Assembly (NCBI GenBank): GCA_044892505.1
Contig: CM097882.1
Span: forward strand, 434,806,001 to 434,870,000
Length of the DNA: 64,000 nucleotides
From: Schmidtea nova
Taxonomy: Eukaryota
Reading direction: 5' to 3'
Part shown: positions 27,387-40,699 of the stretch, in pieces
Position numbering within the stretch: position 1 is the first letter of the stretch
Layout: each line of letters begins with the position of its first letter
The notes under the pieces: model-generated
Seen by the model: the letters and a program-made list of their open reading frames with translations, nothing else
What the model was told of the DNA's origin: nothing
The model's database searches: none
Position numbers and translations under genes: made by a program

Positions 27387-30154
27387 CAGGCCTGGCCAAC
27401 CCAAATCGCTCTGCGGGCCAACTTTTTTATCCAAAATTTTATGCGGGCTATATAATATACGAAAACCCCAATTTTTATTGAAATATTTGTTTGAATTATT
27501 TCAGTACATAGATTTATTTGAACCATTCCAAGAAAAACATCTATTTTTATATTTACACTAGATTTTTTTTATTGTTTCAAGAACATTTTTATTGAACCAT
27601 TTATTTTTATTATTTCACTACACTTAAGTATAATATTTATTAATGAGATGTTTGCTTTTCTTTGCGATCGCTCAATGCTTTTAAATCTACATCAATTTGG
27701 GTAGTTGCACATCGTAATTGGCTTTCAAGGTTTTCGTCTGTTAATGAAGCGCGAAATTTACTTTTGGTAAATTTCATTTTTGAAAAAAAGGCTTCACAAA
27801 CATATGTAGATCCGAAGGCGCTTACAATTTTTTGAGCGAATAATCTTAAGTTAGGATACCTTTCTGCTGTTATATACGTGTTGTAGAATTCGATTTTTGA
27901 TGTCGTCTTATGAACCTGCTTCAACTCATTGTTACACTGCAAATTAATTATTTCCATCTGTAAAGCTTCTGGAACAGTGAAAGCGTCAACTTGAAATGGT
28001 GAAGAAAATATCTCAAACGTTTTGTCATATTTTGTAAGTTCTGAGAAACGACGAGTAAATGCAGCTGAAAGTTTTATAATTTCATCAGCGTACTTTGCAA
28101 AATTAATAGCTTGACTGCTATTAAATTCTTTTAATAACGGAAAATGGTGAAGATTGTTATTTCGAAGTTGGGACTCAAATAAAATTAGCTTGGTTTGGAA
28201 TGCTTTGATATGATTACAAGCATCAATAATTAAATTATCTTGCCCCTGTAACTCCTTGTTTAGCTGGTTAATTTTTTCGGTTATATCTACTAAAAAACAC
28301 AGGTCCAACAACCACATATCGTCATTTAAATTTGAAACTGGAGTTCCCTCTTCAGCCATAAAATTTTCTATTTCCACCCGTAATTCAAAAAATCTTTTTA
28401 AACATGTTCCGCGACTCAACCATCTAACTTTGGTAAAATAGACAATATCGCCGTATTCCGAACTTAATTCGTCAAGGTATGCTCTGAACTTGCGATGCTG
28501 AAGCGCATGTGATTGATTATAGCTAACTGTTTTTATTACCACATCCATGACATGGTTCATGGACAATACCTGGGCACATAAATTTTGCTGATGTATCAAA
28601 CAGTGTATTACAAATATTTCACTGGGTTTAACAGATGTAGCTTCAAGTTCATCCATAAACAACTTTACGGTTCCTTTATTTTTACCAATCATAGCAGGCG
28701 CACCATCCGTTGTTAGTCCAGAAAGCTTCTCTAAATGTAAAGAATTACAGGATAAACATTTTTTTATAGCGTGGAAAACATCCTCTCCTCTAGTGGTGTC
28801 TTTCAAATTTAAAAGATTTAACATTTCTTATGTCACTCCGAAAGAATCGTTAACTCCACGAATAAATACAGCAAGTTGTGATGTATCTGAAATATCTGTA
28901 CTTTCGTCGAAAGCTAGAGAATATGCTTTGAATTGTTGAATCCGCTCTCGTAAAGTCACCACTATTTCATCCGAAATATCATTAATGCGACGACAAATAG
29001 TTTGACGCGACAAACTTATGCACGAAATCATTTTATGTTTATCTGGCATAACATCTTCTATAACAGCTGCCAAACATTCTTTTACAAATTCTCCGTCCGA
29101 AAATGGTTTCATTTTCTTAGCGATTAACATTGCGACAGAGTAGCTTGCTTTAACAATATTAGAAGGTAGTTGTAATGAAGAACTAAACATTTTCTGCTGA
29201 GATTTTAATTCGGATTTTAGCTCGGCCAATTTAATTTTTCTCAATTCACTATTAAATTTCACATACACGTCGTGTTTCGTTTCATGATGTCTTTTAACAT
29301 TGTATTCCTTAAAAACAGCTATTGTATCTCGGCAAATCAAACATGTTAATTTTGAGTACTACATTATAAAGAAATAATTTTCTTCCCAATGATCGCTGTA
29401 TTTTCTGTTTTCTTCTGAAACTCTTCTTTTTTTGGAATTCATTCTAAAGGCCATGTATAATTATTCAAAATAAGTGCATTTACTGTTACTTACTTATTTA
29501 TTTAATTTTTCTGGTATAGAAATATAATTAATTAGATTTTTTATATTACTTTTTTTGTGTTATATAATTTGATATTGTTTATCACTTAAAAATACGCCAC
29601 TTCATATCTTAACAAAAACAAAGCCAAACTAAAAAGGTTTTTCAATAATTGTCGCCATCTTTAGTTATATTTTTCTGGCAAAGCCTACTATATAAATATT
29701 TTTGAATTACTCGTTTAAATCTTTTACTTATGAATAAATATATATGCACGGAAAACGGATTTTTCTGCCAACTGAGAAAACTGATTTTTTCCAAAAAAGT
29801 ATACTGTGTGTCCATTTCATTACATAAAACAAAAATGTTTACAACAATTTTATTACACGTAAAAATATGCAATCAAATAAAAACCAATGAAGATTATGAA
29901 TATAAACTTTTCACAAAACAAAAATTATAATGAGACGGACTAAAAAACATAACAAAAACTTTTTAATATTGAATTTTGTAGTCAATTTTTTTCTAAAAAG
30001 TCTGTATTTAATAATTTGGGTAGATTTTGTAATATATTTATTTTTTTATAGATTCTGTAAAAAAATTTTACCGCGAATAATAATCATGCCACGGGCCGCA
30101 AAATATACACAAAGGGCCGCATGCGGCCCGCGGGCCGCGGGTTGGCCACGCCTG
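27387..30154 (-). mobile_element. Full-length hAT transposon, SPIN/Buster/Charlie (GTF2IRD2-like) group
   Basis: TIRs caggcctggccaacc / ggttggccacgcctg; 8-bp TSD gtatagac / gtatagat with central TA; 2768 bp. Confidence 0.95.
27640..29454 (-). pseudogene. SPIN-like hAT transposase with two in-frame stops
   Basis: CLICRDTIAVFKEYNVKRHHETKH, LAFDESTD, TTDGAPAM, HCLIHQ, VRWLSRG, FGSTYVCEAFFS; stops near 29360 and at 28828. Confidence 0.93.
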
Positions 30155-30183
30155 GTATAGATGAATAATTTAATTAATGTATG

Positions 30184-30219
<36 letters not shown>

Positions 30220-31575
30220 ATAATAATTAATTTTAATAATACTTCTAGTTAAGTTTAGTAGGAATCGAAAATTAGTATGAAATATAAATTTTTATTTGAA
30301 AAACATTTTTGCATATGACAATAATTTAAGAAATTCATATATTATAATAAAAAATTGGAATCATGAATATAATTATGGTGTAAATTTAATGATACAACAA
30401 AATACCTAGTGTGGTGCGATCGGGGGCATTATCCGATGCACCACACTAAAATTCAAATTCTCCTTACATAGAATTCTGTTAATAATTTCAGTAAAAGCTC
30501 TGATCTGTCTGAATATGGATTTTGTACTTCTGTTTTCTGGTCGGCCATAATGTGATTGATAGCTGTGCTTGGTCGTTAAACTAAAATTATTTAAAAATGA
30601 AAACCAAATAGAAATAAAATCGAAATCGAAATCAAATGAAATAGATATATAAAAATGTGACCCAGCACAGAATTGATAGCAAAAGAAATAATGATAGAAA
30701 CAGAGTTGAATGGGTTTTACAAACCCAAGTTTTCCTTTTGGCTATTAGCTATAACCGTTGCCGTTACTAAGGCCTCGGCAAAATTTTAAAATCTAAATGT
30801 TATATTTTTAATAAAAATTTTATTATAATTTGTAGAACAAGATAGTCAATAGGATTAGGATATAAATAAAGTTTTACTTGAATTTTAAATATTAAAAACA
30901 TAATAATTTGAAAAAATTACGAAAATAATAATCATTTAGATAAAAATAATGGCTATTGAATATCCCCGAATATATATCTCTAAGGGAATAGTTGACCCTT
31001 GAATTGAGTTGCGATGATATGTTTGAGTTCAGGCTTGTGAATAAAATAAATGTGAGAAAATGCTTGTCTTTGTATAATATAATGTATAGCGGATGATTGA
31101 AATAATTGATGTTATTATGCTTTAGATTTTGATTAGGAAAATTTGAAGGAAAAAACTATCGGAAATCTTCGCTGATCCGCTTGATCGATACCCGACTTGA
31201 ATTAAAGTTTATATAATCAAAAGTGGGAACGCTTGTTGGAGTTCTTCGAAATGTTTGAATTGATTTTATCTTGCTCATGGTTTGTGTGTATTTTGAACAT
31301 AATTTTTGAATGATGCTTCAAACTGCCTGTATTTTGTTATTTAGAATGATTGATTGGGACAAATTAACAAATTTTTATTGATGCAATCTATTTTATCTTG
31401 CTAATTTAACTTGATTATCCGTAGTTAAATCGTTGAATAATGGACAAAATGGGCATCAAACCTTCTACCGGTAACCCTTGAACCCAGGAGATGTTCGGTC
31501 AATCATAGTTCCAAGTTTTTGACGCTCACTGACTGCGAATGCCCACCCATTTTTTGCATTACCAACGTTACATTG

Positions 31576-32583
31576 TGTTGGGCAAAAACTGAGATTTGTT
31601 TAAATAGCGCGGTATTATAAAATGTAGAGAGCGCGCGAGGAAGTAGACTTGAAATTTATAATATGTAGAGAGCGCGCAAGAAGTAGACTTGAAATTCTAC
31701 AAACCTAAAACATCAAGTACAGCTCAGTAGCAACAGAACATACGAAATAGTCAATTAAAACACGTCGAAAAATTGAAACGAACAAAAGCGCATTGAGTTT
31801 ATACGTGAAAAACACATGTATAGCGTGAGAACATCAATTGTGTAATAGAATAGCACACTAAAAAAATAAACATCTTTTCGGGAGGAAATTTTCAAATTTT
31901 AGTGTAAAAATTCGAATAACATGAAAGAAAATTGTTTTAGTCAGAAATTATGATAAATTAATTAAATTGGGAAAAACTTTGATTTAAAAATAAAATTTTA
32001 GATCAAAAATAAATTATTTAGAATTTATTTAAAATTTTATGCAAAAATAATAATTCAATTTTGCGTAAAATAATTGAAATTAACTTTCAAGAATCAGAGA
32101 TTATCTTCTAAAACAATTTGTTATAATATCTCAACGAAAATGAAAATTTGAGCAACTATATATACCGCCATCAAAATGGATACAATTTACAATTTCATCA
32201 GAATTTCTGGAATTTTGTTGCTAAAAATTTTGAAACATTTTTAGCAGATAAAATTTTGAAGAGATAACTTTGCTTAAAATCGTTTGAGAAAATTCTCGGA
32301 AGGCGAACCCCTCGAAAAAATTTTAGAAGTCATATCTGAACCTAGCGGAGAAGCTATCTGAATATGTAAGAACCATGAATTTTATGTTATGCAGGCTAGC
32401 AAATCATGCCATGTTACCCTGACGTTGGTACTCTGATTTGATTTTTCCTTTTTATTCAATGTTTGATAAAGCGTTATCTTGTGGTAAAATATGTAATGAT
32501 TATTATAACTTTTTTATTCAAGTTTTAATTTTTACTTTGATCATATTTTCTCACAACCTAACATGCTTATATTGATATTCATC

Positions 32584-32638
<55 letters not shown>

Positions 32639-33770
32639 AATTAAAACTATTTCCATACGTCTGATGATGGTCCATTTTTTGTTGTACCGTCATTAGTCGC
32701 TTTGGTGAATCATTAGTTCTGTTGGGCAAAAACTGCAAATTGTTTTAATAAAGCAGTAACCCCATAAGTAGAGAGCGCGCAAGATTCAATTTTAATCCAA
32801 ACACCCATTAGAACCCGAAGCGATTAAGTGGAAAACGTCAAAAAGGTGATGTGGACTCAAGCACATCAACCAGTAGAGAACGCGCTAGCTGTGGATTTGC
32901 AAGTCCTTACACTGAAATCTCGAGAAAAATTAAAAGTCGTCAAAAGAAGAACGTTTGAAAGTTAGAATAGGCGGAAAACCCATTGAAAATGCCCATAAGA
33001 AACAGAATTGTGTTATAAAAATTCAGTGCAGAAGAATTTAGCAAGATTTTGGCAGAAAAATGTGATTTTATCAAAAATTTCACATTAACAATAAAAAGAA
33101 CTAATCTTGATCGAAATATCGTAAATTAAATCAAATCGAACAAATTTCGATTCAAAAATAAAAATTTTGAATTAAAATAAATTATTTATGGTTTATAAAA
33201 AATTATTACATAAAAATAAGGATTTAATTTTTCGGAAAATCATTAGAATTAATTTAGAAAAATTAAAAAGAACATTCTAGAACAAATTGTTTTACTGCAC
33301 TAGTGAAGGTAACGCAAAATCGATGGTATATATACCGCCATCAAAATGGCAATAATCAGAATTTGTGGAAAATTTTCCTTAAAATTATAATTTGGTGAAA
33401 ATTTTCTAACTTGTAGAATTTGAAGAATTTTATTCGGAATTTGGGGAACAAATTTTTCAGGGATTTTCCAGAGTTTAGAATCAATTTAAGAAAGAACTTA
33501 AATTTCAGCAGAGAGAATTTTTCCGAGATTTTCGAGAAGAGAAATTTTCAGGAATCTTTCAGAAACTCGAATTTTGAATTTGTGAGAATTTGCTCCGAAG
33601 AATTAGAAGATTCTAAAAGTTTTTGCGAACCCTGTTAAAGGAAATGTAAGAATTATTTTTCTTTTAAATTTGTTGTGAGGGGTTTGGGATCATCGGTCAT
33701 CATGCCTGACGAGCATTCCATTCCTCGCGCTTTATTGATTGATAATGTATTTGTTATTTTTATTTTTCAA
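31576..33770 (+). repeat. Two diverged ~1-kb copies of an A-rich unclassified repeat separated by (TA)n at ~32587-32636
   Basis: Shared anchors tgttgggcaaaaactg (31576, 32720), agagagcgcgcaag, tatataccgccatcaaaatgg (32159, ~33330). Confidence 0.7.
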
Positions 33771-33785
33771 TTTAATGCTTATACA

Positions 33786-34143
33786 TTATTATGATATCAT
33801 TAAAAATAAATATTTAATTCATATTCTATTTCGTTAAAAAATTTTTTTTTGTTGTTACTATTATCATAAATTCCTAAAAATAATTAAAATTTCATATAAA
33901 CATTTGTCTAAATAAAAATACGAAAAATAAATTTTTTTTATTCCCATATCATCTGACGATTCGTTATTATTATGATATCATTAAAAATAAATATTTAATT
34001 CATATTCTATTTCGTTTAAAAAAATTTTTGTTGTTGTTACTATTATCATAAATTCCCAAAAATAATTAAAATTTCATATAAACATTTGTCTAAATAAAAA
34101 TACGAAAAATAAATTTTTTTTATTCCCATATCATCTGACGATT
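33786..34143. repeat. Near-perfect tandem duplication, unit ~179 bp
   Basis: attattatgatatcattaaaaataaatattt...catctgacgattcgt repeated twice. Confidence 0.92.
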
Positions 34144-36210
34144 CGTCCAGCCTTGCGTTGTGCGGATTTGTTAGTAGCCTGGGTGGATCGTTGTCTGATT
34201 GGTAATCGGCCAGCCAATTTGTCCACCTTAAGGCGAGGCTCATACATCCATAATCACGTCATCCCAACTGGGGAAACGTGGTATGGCCTAGAGCAAGGAT
34301 TTTTTTATATTAATGATTTTTATTATAATATAGTAGAATATTTATACTACATTACATAAGCAATTCGTAACATAACATAAATTCTTCCAGCTCATGTCTT
34401 GAGATCTAAAATAGGCACTATATTACTAAATAAAATCGACTCGCACTCACCTTCGCCTTCACAGAAACTTTTTCGTCTTATTAGAATTCATTATATGTGG
34501 AATCAGAAATCAATAAAAATTGCTCAATCGAAAACCATTTATTAAATAATGAACTAGGTGAAGGAGCGACGAATTGTTAATTGAAAGATTATGATTTTTT
34601 GTAAATTTTTAGGTAAAGAATTCGAACTCGTGGAGAATTTTGACGAAGATTAGTATTAAAAATTTTTTAGTCTTTTATATGAATTTATTTTATTTAATTT
34701 ATGAAAATTTAATTTTTACATTTTTTTTGCATATTTAGTTTTAGGTACTTGATTTTAGCATAAAGATTATTTATTTGATTTTGTATAAAATTTATAACTG
34801 ATAAAGTAAAAAATGGGATCATAAAATCAAGTCAATAACTGAAAAAGATCTATAAAAATAATTGACAAAATTTAAACTTCCAAACCTCAATATTATAAAA
34901 ATTTTAACATAATTATAAATTTGAAATATTATAAAGTTATTATTATGATCTTGATGTAAAATATTATTTCATATATTAATCCCATGGAACGCAAATTAAG
35001 AGAAAAATTCTAATTCTACTTATTTAGATACTTATAATATAAAAATTTAAAATTTAAAATTTTATTATAAAATTTTTATTAAACGTTAAGAAAGTGTAAA
35101 CCTTAAATTACAAAATTTTTATTATTATTTTGATTTAGAAATCATAAAAATTGATTATTATTATTTTAATTTAGGAATTATAAAATTTACTATTACATTA
35201 ATCTAGAAAGTATAAAATTTAATTTTATTATTTTAATTTAGAAATTTTAAAAGTTTGTATTTTTATTTTAATTTAGAATTTAATTTATATATTATGTCTA
35301 TTATTCATAAAATACCCCCTAAAAATCACATACAACCCTATTTGCAAATCATAACACCCATACCATTCAATAACATCATCCATACTAATGACACAAGCAA
35401 CATCTAATTTAAAATACAATACACACACCTCGCCGTATCACTCAATAACATTCATTAACAACATACACCCAAACAATTCATACCGAAAATCTGCACAGTT
35501 AGGTTGGTTAGCATCATACATCCAGTCAAACTCACAAGCACTCAATCGTTTTCAGTCACCCATCTTAAAAATCGCACGCAAACACGCAAACACGATAACA
35601 ATAAAATCAGCCAAACCTATAATAATATTACACTCAATCATTCTATCTCACCTCACTCATCAATAAATCATTTGTTTTCCATCCAACATTCTAATCAACA
35701 CACAAACACATACAACTACAAAAATCGCATTCAAACTCCTACATTCAAATTATCTAAATACGATCTGAAAATTTATTTATAAAATACCTAAAAATGCCTA
35801 AATTGGTAGTTCGCAGCAACTCAGGGAAGTATCACTGTTGATGAAAGCTAAAGGAAAAACCATTTGATAATCTTTCGTACTCATAACCAACCCAGTACAG
35901 AAAAATTTTCTTCGTAAACCCCTTAATACTAATTTGGAAGGGGAGTTAAATTTATTTTATTTATGTAAACTAGAAATTATTTTCAGAAAGGATTGCGAGA
36001 ACATAACACCAATTGCTGTAGAACATATATGCTATACTTGAGTTGAGTGTTCATTAAAATCCAATTAAATTACTAATATACATAATTATTATTTAAAACT
36101 AAAATCCTAAAATACTAATATACATAATTATTATTTAAAACTAAAATCCTATTACATCATTAATATGCATCAATATTATTTAAAGCTGAAAATCTACTGC
36201 ATTACCAGTA

Positions 36211-36780
36211 CAGGTAGTCCTTGACGACGGCTCGACTTACGACGGTTCGCACTTACGACCAAAATTATTTCCTAAAATTATTTTTCCCAATGGGCCTGAT
36301 TTTTGTTTCAAACCGAACTAAAAAATTAAACCAATTAATTTTCCTTAATTAAACACTATTAATTTTATAAGTTATCTACTATTTTAGTGTTTAACAACAA
36401 AAACAAATTTAGAATTAGTAAAAAATTAATAAAAAATTAAAATCAAAAAATTAAATTAGCAAGCCTTAAAAATATTCAGCACTTTTAATTTGCTTATCTA
36501 CAAATAATTTAAAAACAAAACGATAGCATAAATTTATCTGTCATATCAAAAATTTAAATAAAATTAAAAGACTATAAAAGGCCCAATTGAGTTAGCCATT
36601 TTAATTTTTTAAAAGTGAATAATTTTTTATCCCAAAAATGTCTGTGAATAATAGAAGTAGAAAAAATAAGAGAAGTGTTATAGATTTAGAAATGAAACAT
36701 AAGTTAATTAGGTAAAAAGGTGAAAGGCATAGCGCATGCCTTTAAACTATCCCATTCAACAATCTCAACTGTTGAGGTTC
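36211..36780 (+). mobile_element. 5' end of a pogo/Tigger transposon
   Basis: TA + caggtagtcc...cgacttacgac TIR; ATG at 36638, KRSVIDLEMKHKLI / IAHAFKLSHSTISTV (CENP-B/psq HTH). Confidence 0.75.
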
Positions 36781-37179
36781 CAAATATTTGTTATTTGCAA
36801 TCTCAACTTGTTATTTGGGTGGTTCCTATATAAATATCAAAAGACTAAACTTGTTTTCAAAATTTTATTAATTCAACAAAATTACTTTTTATTTCCTTTA
36901 CAATTAACTAGAGATAGTTCAAATTCTTTATTTAACAAATTGTTTTAAATCAGTTCTTGTAATTGAGCCTATTGGGTGAATGCTATATAGTGCGTGTTAA
37001 ATAATTTATTGTGGATCCAATATTCCTGATCCGGGTTTTAATAAGTTTTTCAAGATTGCCTTGAAAACTCAATTTGCGCTAATTTTAAATCTGGATTTTA
37101 CACTAGATTTTAAAGCTAGGATTTTTTTGGGCGTCTTTACTGATTTTTACATCAGTTTATATAGTAAAATTTGGTATGG

Positions 37180-37430
37180 ATTTTTATAAATAATTTAATT
37201 TCCGGTCTGATATTAAAATATTATTAGATTTAATTTTCAAATTATTCCATACTCTGCGATGATATTAAAATAATTATATTTCAATTTCCGTTCTTATCGT
37301 GATATTAAAATTTTCAAATTATTCCATACTCTGCGATATAATTATATTTTAATTTCCGGTCTTATCACGATATTAAAATTTCCAAATTATTTCGTACTCT
37401 GTGATATTAAAATATTATTTAGATTTAATT
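37180..37430. repeat. AT-rich imperfect tandem repeats in the 3' UTR region of element 2
   Basis: Recurrent gatattaaaa...caaattatt(c/t)c(a/g)tactctg and atttccg(g/t)tcttatc units. Confidence 0.7.
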
Positions 37431-37599
37431 ATTTTTAAATAACTGAATTAAATTATTTTATTTATTAATCTGTTTATTTTATATGTATATACAACTCATA
37501 AAATAAAATAATAAAAGGAATAAAATACACATCAAGATACACTAAAAGAAAACAATTGTTTGTTGAGAAATGTCACAATAATAAAATGTCACAATCATA

Positions 37600-39417
37600 T
37601 TAATTTTCTTGATTTCTGTGATGGGAGTTGCAATCATTATTGTGTGGCTTGGATTGGGGTTCTGTGTATTGGGATTCCGCGTAAATGTTGATCTTATAGC
37701 TGTTAGGCCCTGTCCTATAATATTTATTTAGGACAAATGCTTGGATGGGCTTCCCTTGATCATCCAACATTCCTCCCAGGGCCGTCAAAGTAATGTCCTC
37801 ATTACCTTTTTCATTCAGGACCATTTCAATTTCTTTATCCTTCAATTTCATTACTGTTCTCTTGAATCCTTTCTTGATAGCAAGATTTAGGGTATCATCT
37901 TCCTCAATTCGTCTTCCAAAATGGGTACATAATTGTTTTTCCGTTATCTCGTTTTGATCGGCGCCTATAATGAAGCTAGGTTCCTCATCCTCTTCTATTT
38001 CCATTTCAATGTTTGGTTCTTTTCCTAATTCGTCTTCTGCTTTTATTTTATTCTCCATTTCTTTTGTGACATCTTGCTCATCGTCTTCCTCCACTGAGAA
38101 ATATTCTTCGTCCGAATCTAAGTCGCAAATGTCTTCGCTTTCTTTGTATCTTTGTATCAGTTGCCGTTCGTTTTTAATCATTATTTGATTTTCCGGTGGT
38201 CCTTCTTCTTTTGTAATCATTAGTTCGTCATCACTATCTTCATGTATTGTTTCTTCCGTATCTGATTTTTCATCTTTTATCATACTTTCATCTTCACTTT
38301 CCTCCAACTCTTCCATAAATGATTTTTTGTTTTGCATCTGGTATAGATCTCCTTTCATTTCGATATCGTCTGTTATTGGTGTATCACTTTGTAACGATGT
38401 TGAAGCTCCTGAATTCCATTTTATTATAGGCTCCCATTTGTCTTCTACTATTCCATGTATTACTTTCAATATTGTTGTTGTTTTTCTGGCAGAAAATGGC
38501 TCACTTTCTAATAATGCTTCATTCAGTCTCTTATCTTTGTACCATCTCTTATGGTATTTAATCACTTGGTAAGCTAAGTTAGATAGCCTAATTTTAAGTG
38601 GATCTACGTTCTTTACGAATGAACACATAAATTTATCTCTGGCCATTTCTCTCATTCCTGCGATGTTGTCTAGACCAAATGTTAGCATTTTTAATTTATC
38701 TATCATGTCAAATCCATGATTATTTTTCCCCACAACAGCTTTCTGATATCCATTAGCGCCTGATACTCATCTTCATTTCCAACGATACTTTCTTTATTAA
38801 TCATTGTTTTTTCTGTGCAGAAGTTTTTTATTTTCGTTCTTGGGGTTATCTTTTTATTGTATATAATTTCACCGTTGTACTTTCTTATACATACTTCTAC
38901 TGGTCGCTTGTTGTCGTTTTTATCAATTGCAAATTTTGCATCCATGAACACAATTAGTTGGTGCCTTTCTTCTGTAGATAGTTCATTGTGTGTGAAAGAG
39001 ATTTTTTCATTTATCCAGCTTTGATCATACCAAGGTTTTGAAGGGATTGGCGGCATTGATTGGAATGGATTTGATATTAGAGGGATATAGAGTATCTCGA
39101 TTCCTGACACACGGTAAGTTGTTCATTTGGATTATGAGGTGATTAAAATCGTCTGGCATACTTCTGTTGTTTGTAATTGTTTTGATGATGATTGAACAAT
39201 TAATTGTTGTGATTATTGGTACTTTATGTTGGCAAATTGATACCTCGGTTTTTGTCATGTGGAATAGGATTCTATGTGGTAACTTTTTTCCTTCGATTAC
39301 CGCTTTGTCGACATTAAGATGTTTTTCAAATGTGCCGATTAGGTCTTTTAGTTTTGTTCGTCGGGCTTCATTAAATTTGATAATATGTAGTTCTTTTTCT
39401 TCAATTTCCACTCTCAT
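37600..39417 (-). pseudogene. Frameshifted accessory ORF with a REX4/ISG20-like DEDDh exonuclease fold (38460-38960), an acidic tract and an unknown C-terminal domain
   Basis: VFMDAKF..VCIRKYNGEIIYNKKITP..IKNFCTEKTMIN..IRKLLWGKII/GFDMIDKLKML aligns by eye with REX4 ALDCEM..VSIVNQYGKCVYDKYVKP..VTDYRTAVSGI..AEMLKGRILVGHALHNDLKVL. Confidence 0.7.
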
Positions 39418-39922
39418 ATCATTTGGGATGCATACTTGGTTTGGGAAGCTTCTGATTGTGATTGGATTTCAATCGGTACATATTTTGTTTTGTAGGGTTT
39501 TGTAAAAGTTTAGAGGGTGTTTGTTGATCATAGCCACATAGTTCATAGATCGAGAATAATTTGGTTCTGATTGCATTGTTAATTGAAGACACAAGAATCG
39601 GGATATTGATCGATAAGTCAGTAAACAATAAAACACAAAGAATATAGATTGATAATGAGATCGAGATATGATTTTACGACTTGATTTGTGATTGGATTGA
39701 AGATTGGAACGATTTGATTGGGAGTTGGTTTGATTGTTTTTGATTGTGCTGAGGACTTGATGTAAAACTGGCTTTATTGGTTGTTTGCCAAATGGGTGAC
39801 TCTTTTTTCTAAAAATAAAATGTAAATTTTTATGTTGAGCGCGTATTTCAGGTTTAACCTTATACGCTATTTTATAAATACAGATATATGTGATTTTAAT
39901 ATATATTATTGACCAATTTAAC

Positions 39923-40693
39923 TTATACCAATGTGGACCTCGTATATTCACCTGGTATATATTTACCCAAATGGAAATGCCCTACATTTCGGCTCCGATA
40001 CCGCTGCCTTTTCCATTTGTACTTTTTGTAGATTTGTATGCTAGTTACTAAAGCTAAGACTACTAATGTTATTACTGATGCTGTGATGATATAATAAGGT
40101 CAATGTGGCTTTTTATCCTTTTTTTGAAATGCTTGTAGTTCCTCTAAGTTATGTATAATTGTTGGTTTTCCTTGCTCTATTTTTATAGATTCTTGTTTTA
40201 GTTTTTGTTTCTTAGCATAGTATTGTTTTTGGAATTTTGTTCGTCTAGTGTTTGTTGGTATATGTGGTGTGGTATTTACTATATTATTTGATGTCGTTAT
40301 TTTTATATTTATTTCTTTTATTTTTGTGTTTTCTATTCTATCGGGTGTTGTTATTAGGTTTTTGGATAATTGTTCTGTTCTTATTTTTTTGCATATCCAT
40401 ATTGTTGTATCTGTGTTTCTTTGTATGCAGATTCTGTATGTTGTATTAGGTGTCAGTTTTGTGAAGTTAACATAGTTTCCTATTTTGATTTCGTTGGTTG
40501 TTCTATCATCTTTTTCTTTTATCATCTTTGGATTTTCGTCATCCGTTGTTTGCATGTATATGTCAATTACTCCTCTGTTTATGATAAGTACTCTAACTTC
40601 ATTTGTTGATATTTTTATTAATACTTTGTCAAATTCTATTCTTTCGGTTGAACTAGCAAATGTTATGATTGTTAAGAAGATAGCCGACATCAT
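39923..40693 (-). pseudogene. Type I membrane module (signal-like segment, FN3-like domain, Thr-rich stalk, TM, short tail) in frame with integrase
   Basis: MMSAIFLTIITFASS; FTKLTPNTTYRICIQ..WICKKIRT; after in-frame TGA 40100-40102: YYIITASVITLVVLALVTSIQIY-KK; stop 39923-39925. Confidence 0.75.
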
Positions 40694-40699
40694 TAGTTT

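Noticed and set aside
31576-32735. TGTTGGGC starts resembling the giant LTR terminus
   Set aside because: The motif lies inside a longer dispersed repeat and the downstream sequence does not match the LTR
35300-35840. A/C-rich stretch as a Gypsy 3' UTR with PPT
   Set aside because: Compositional resemblance only; no coding motif or LTR termini confirmed
39469-39951. 160-aa ORF as a continuation of the element 2 membrane module
   Set aside because: Different frame; the module terminates at the stop 39923-39925
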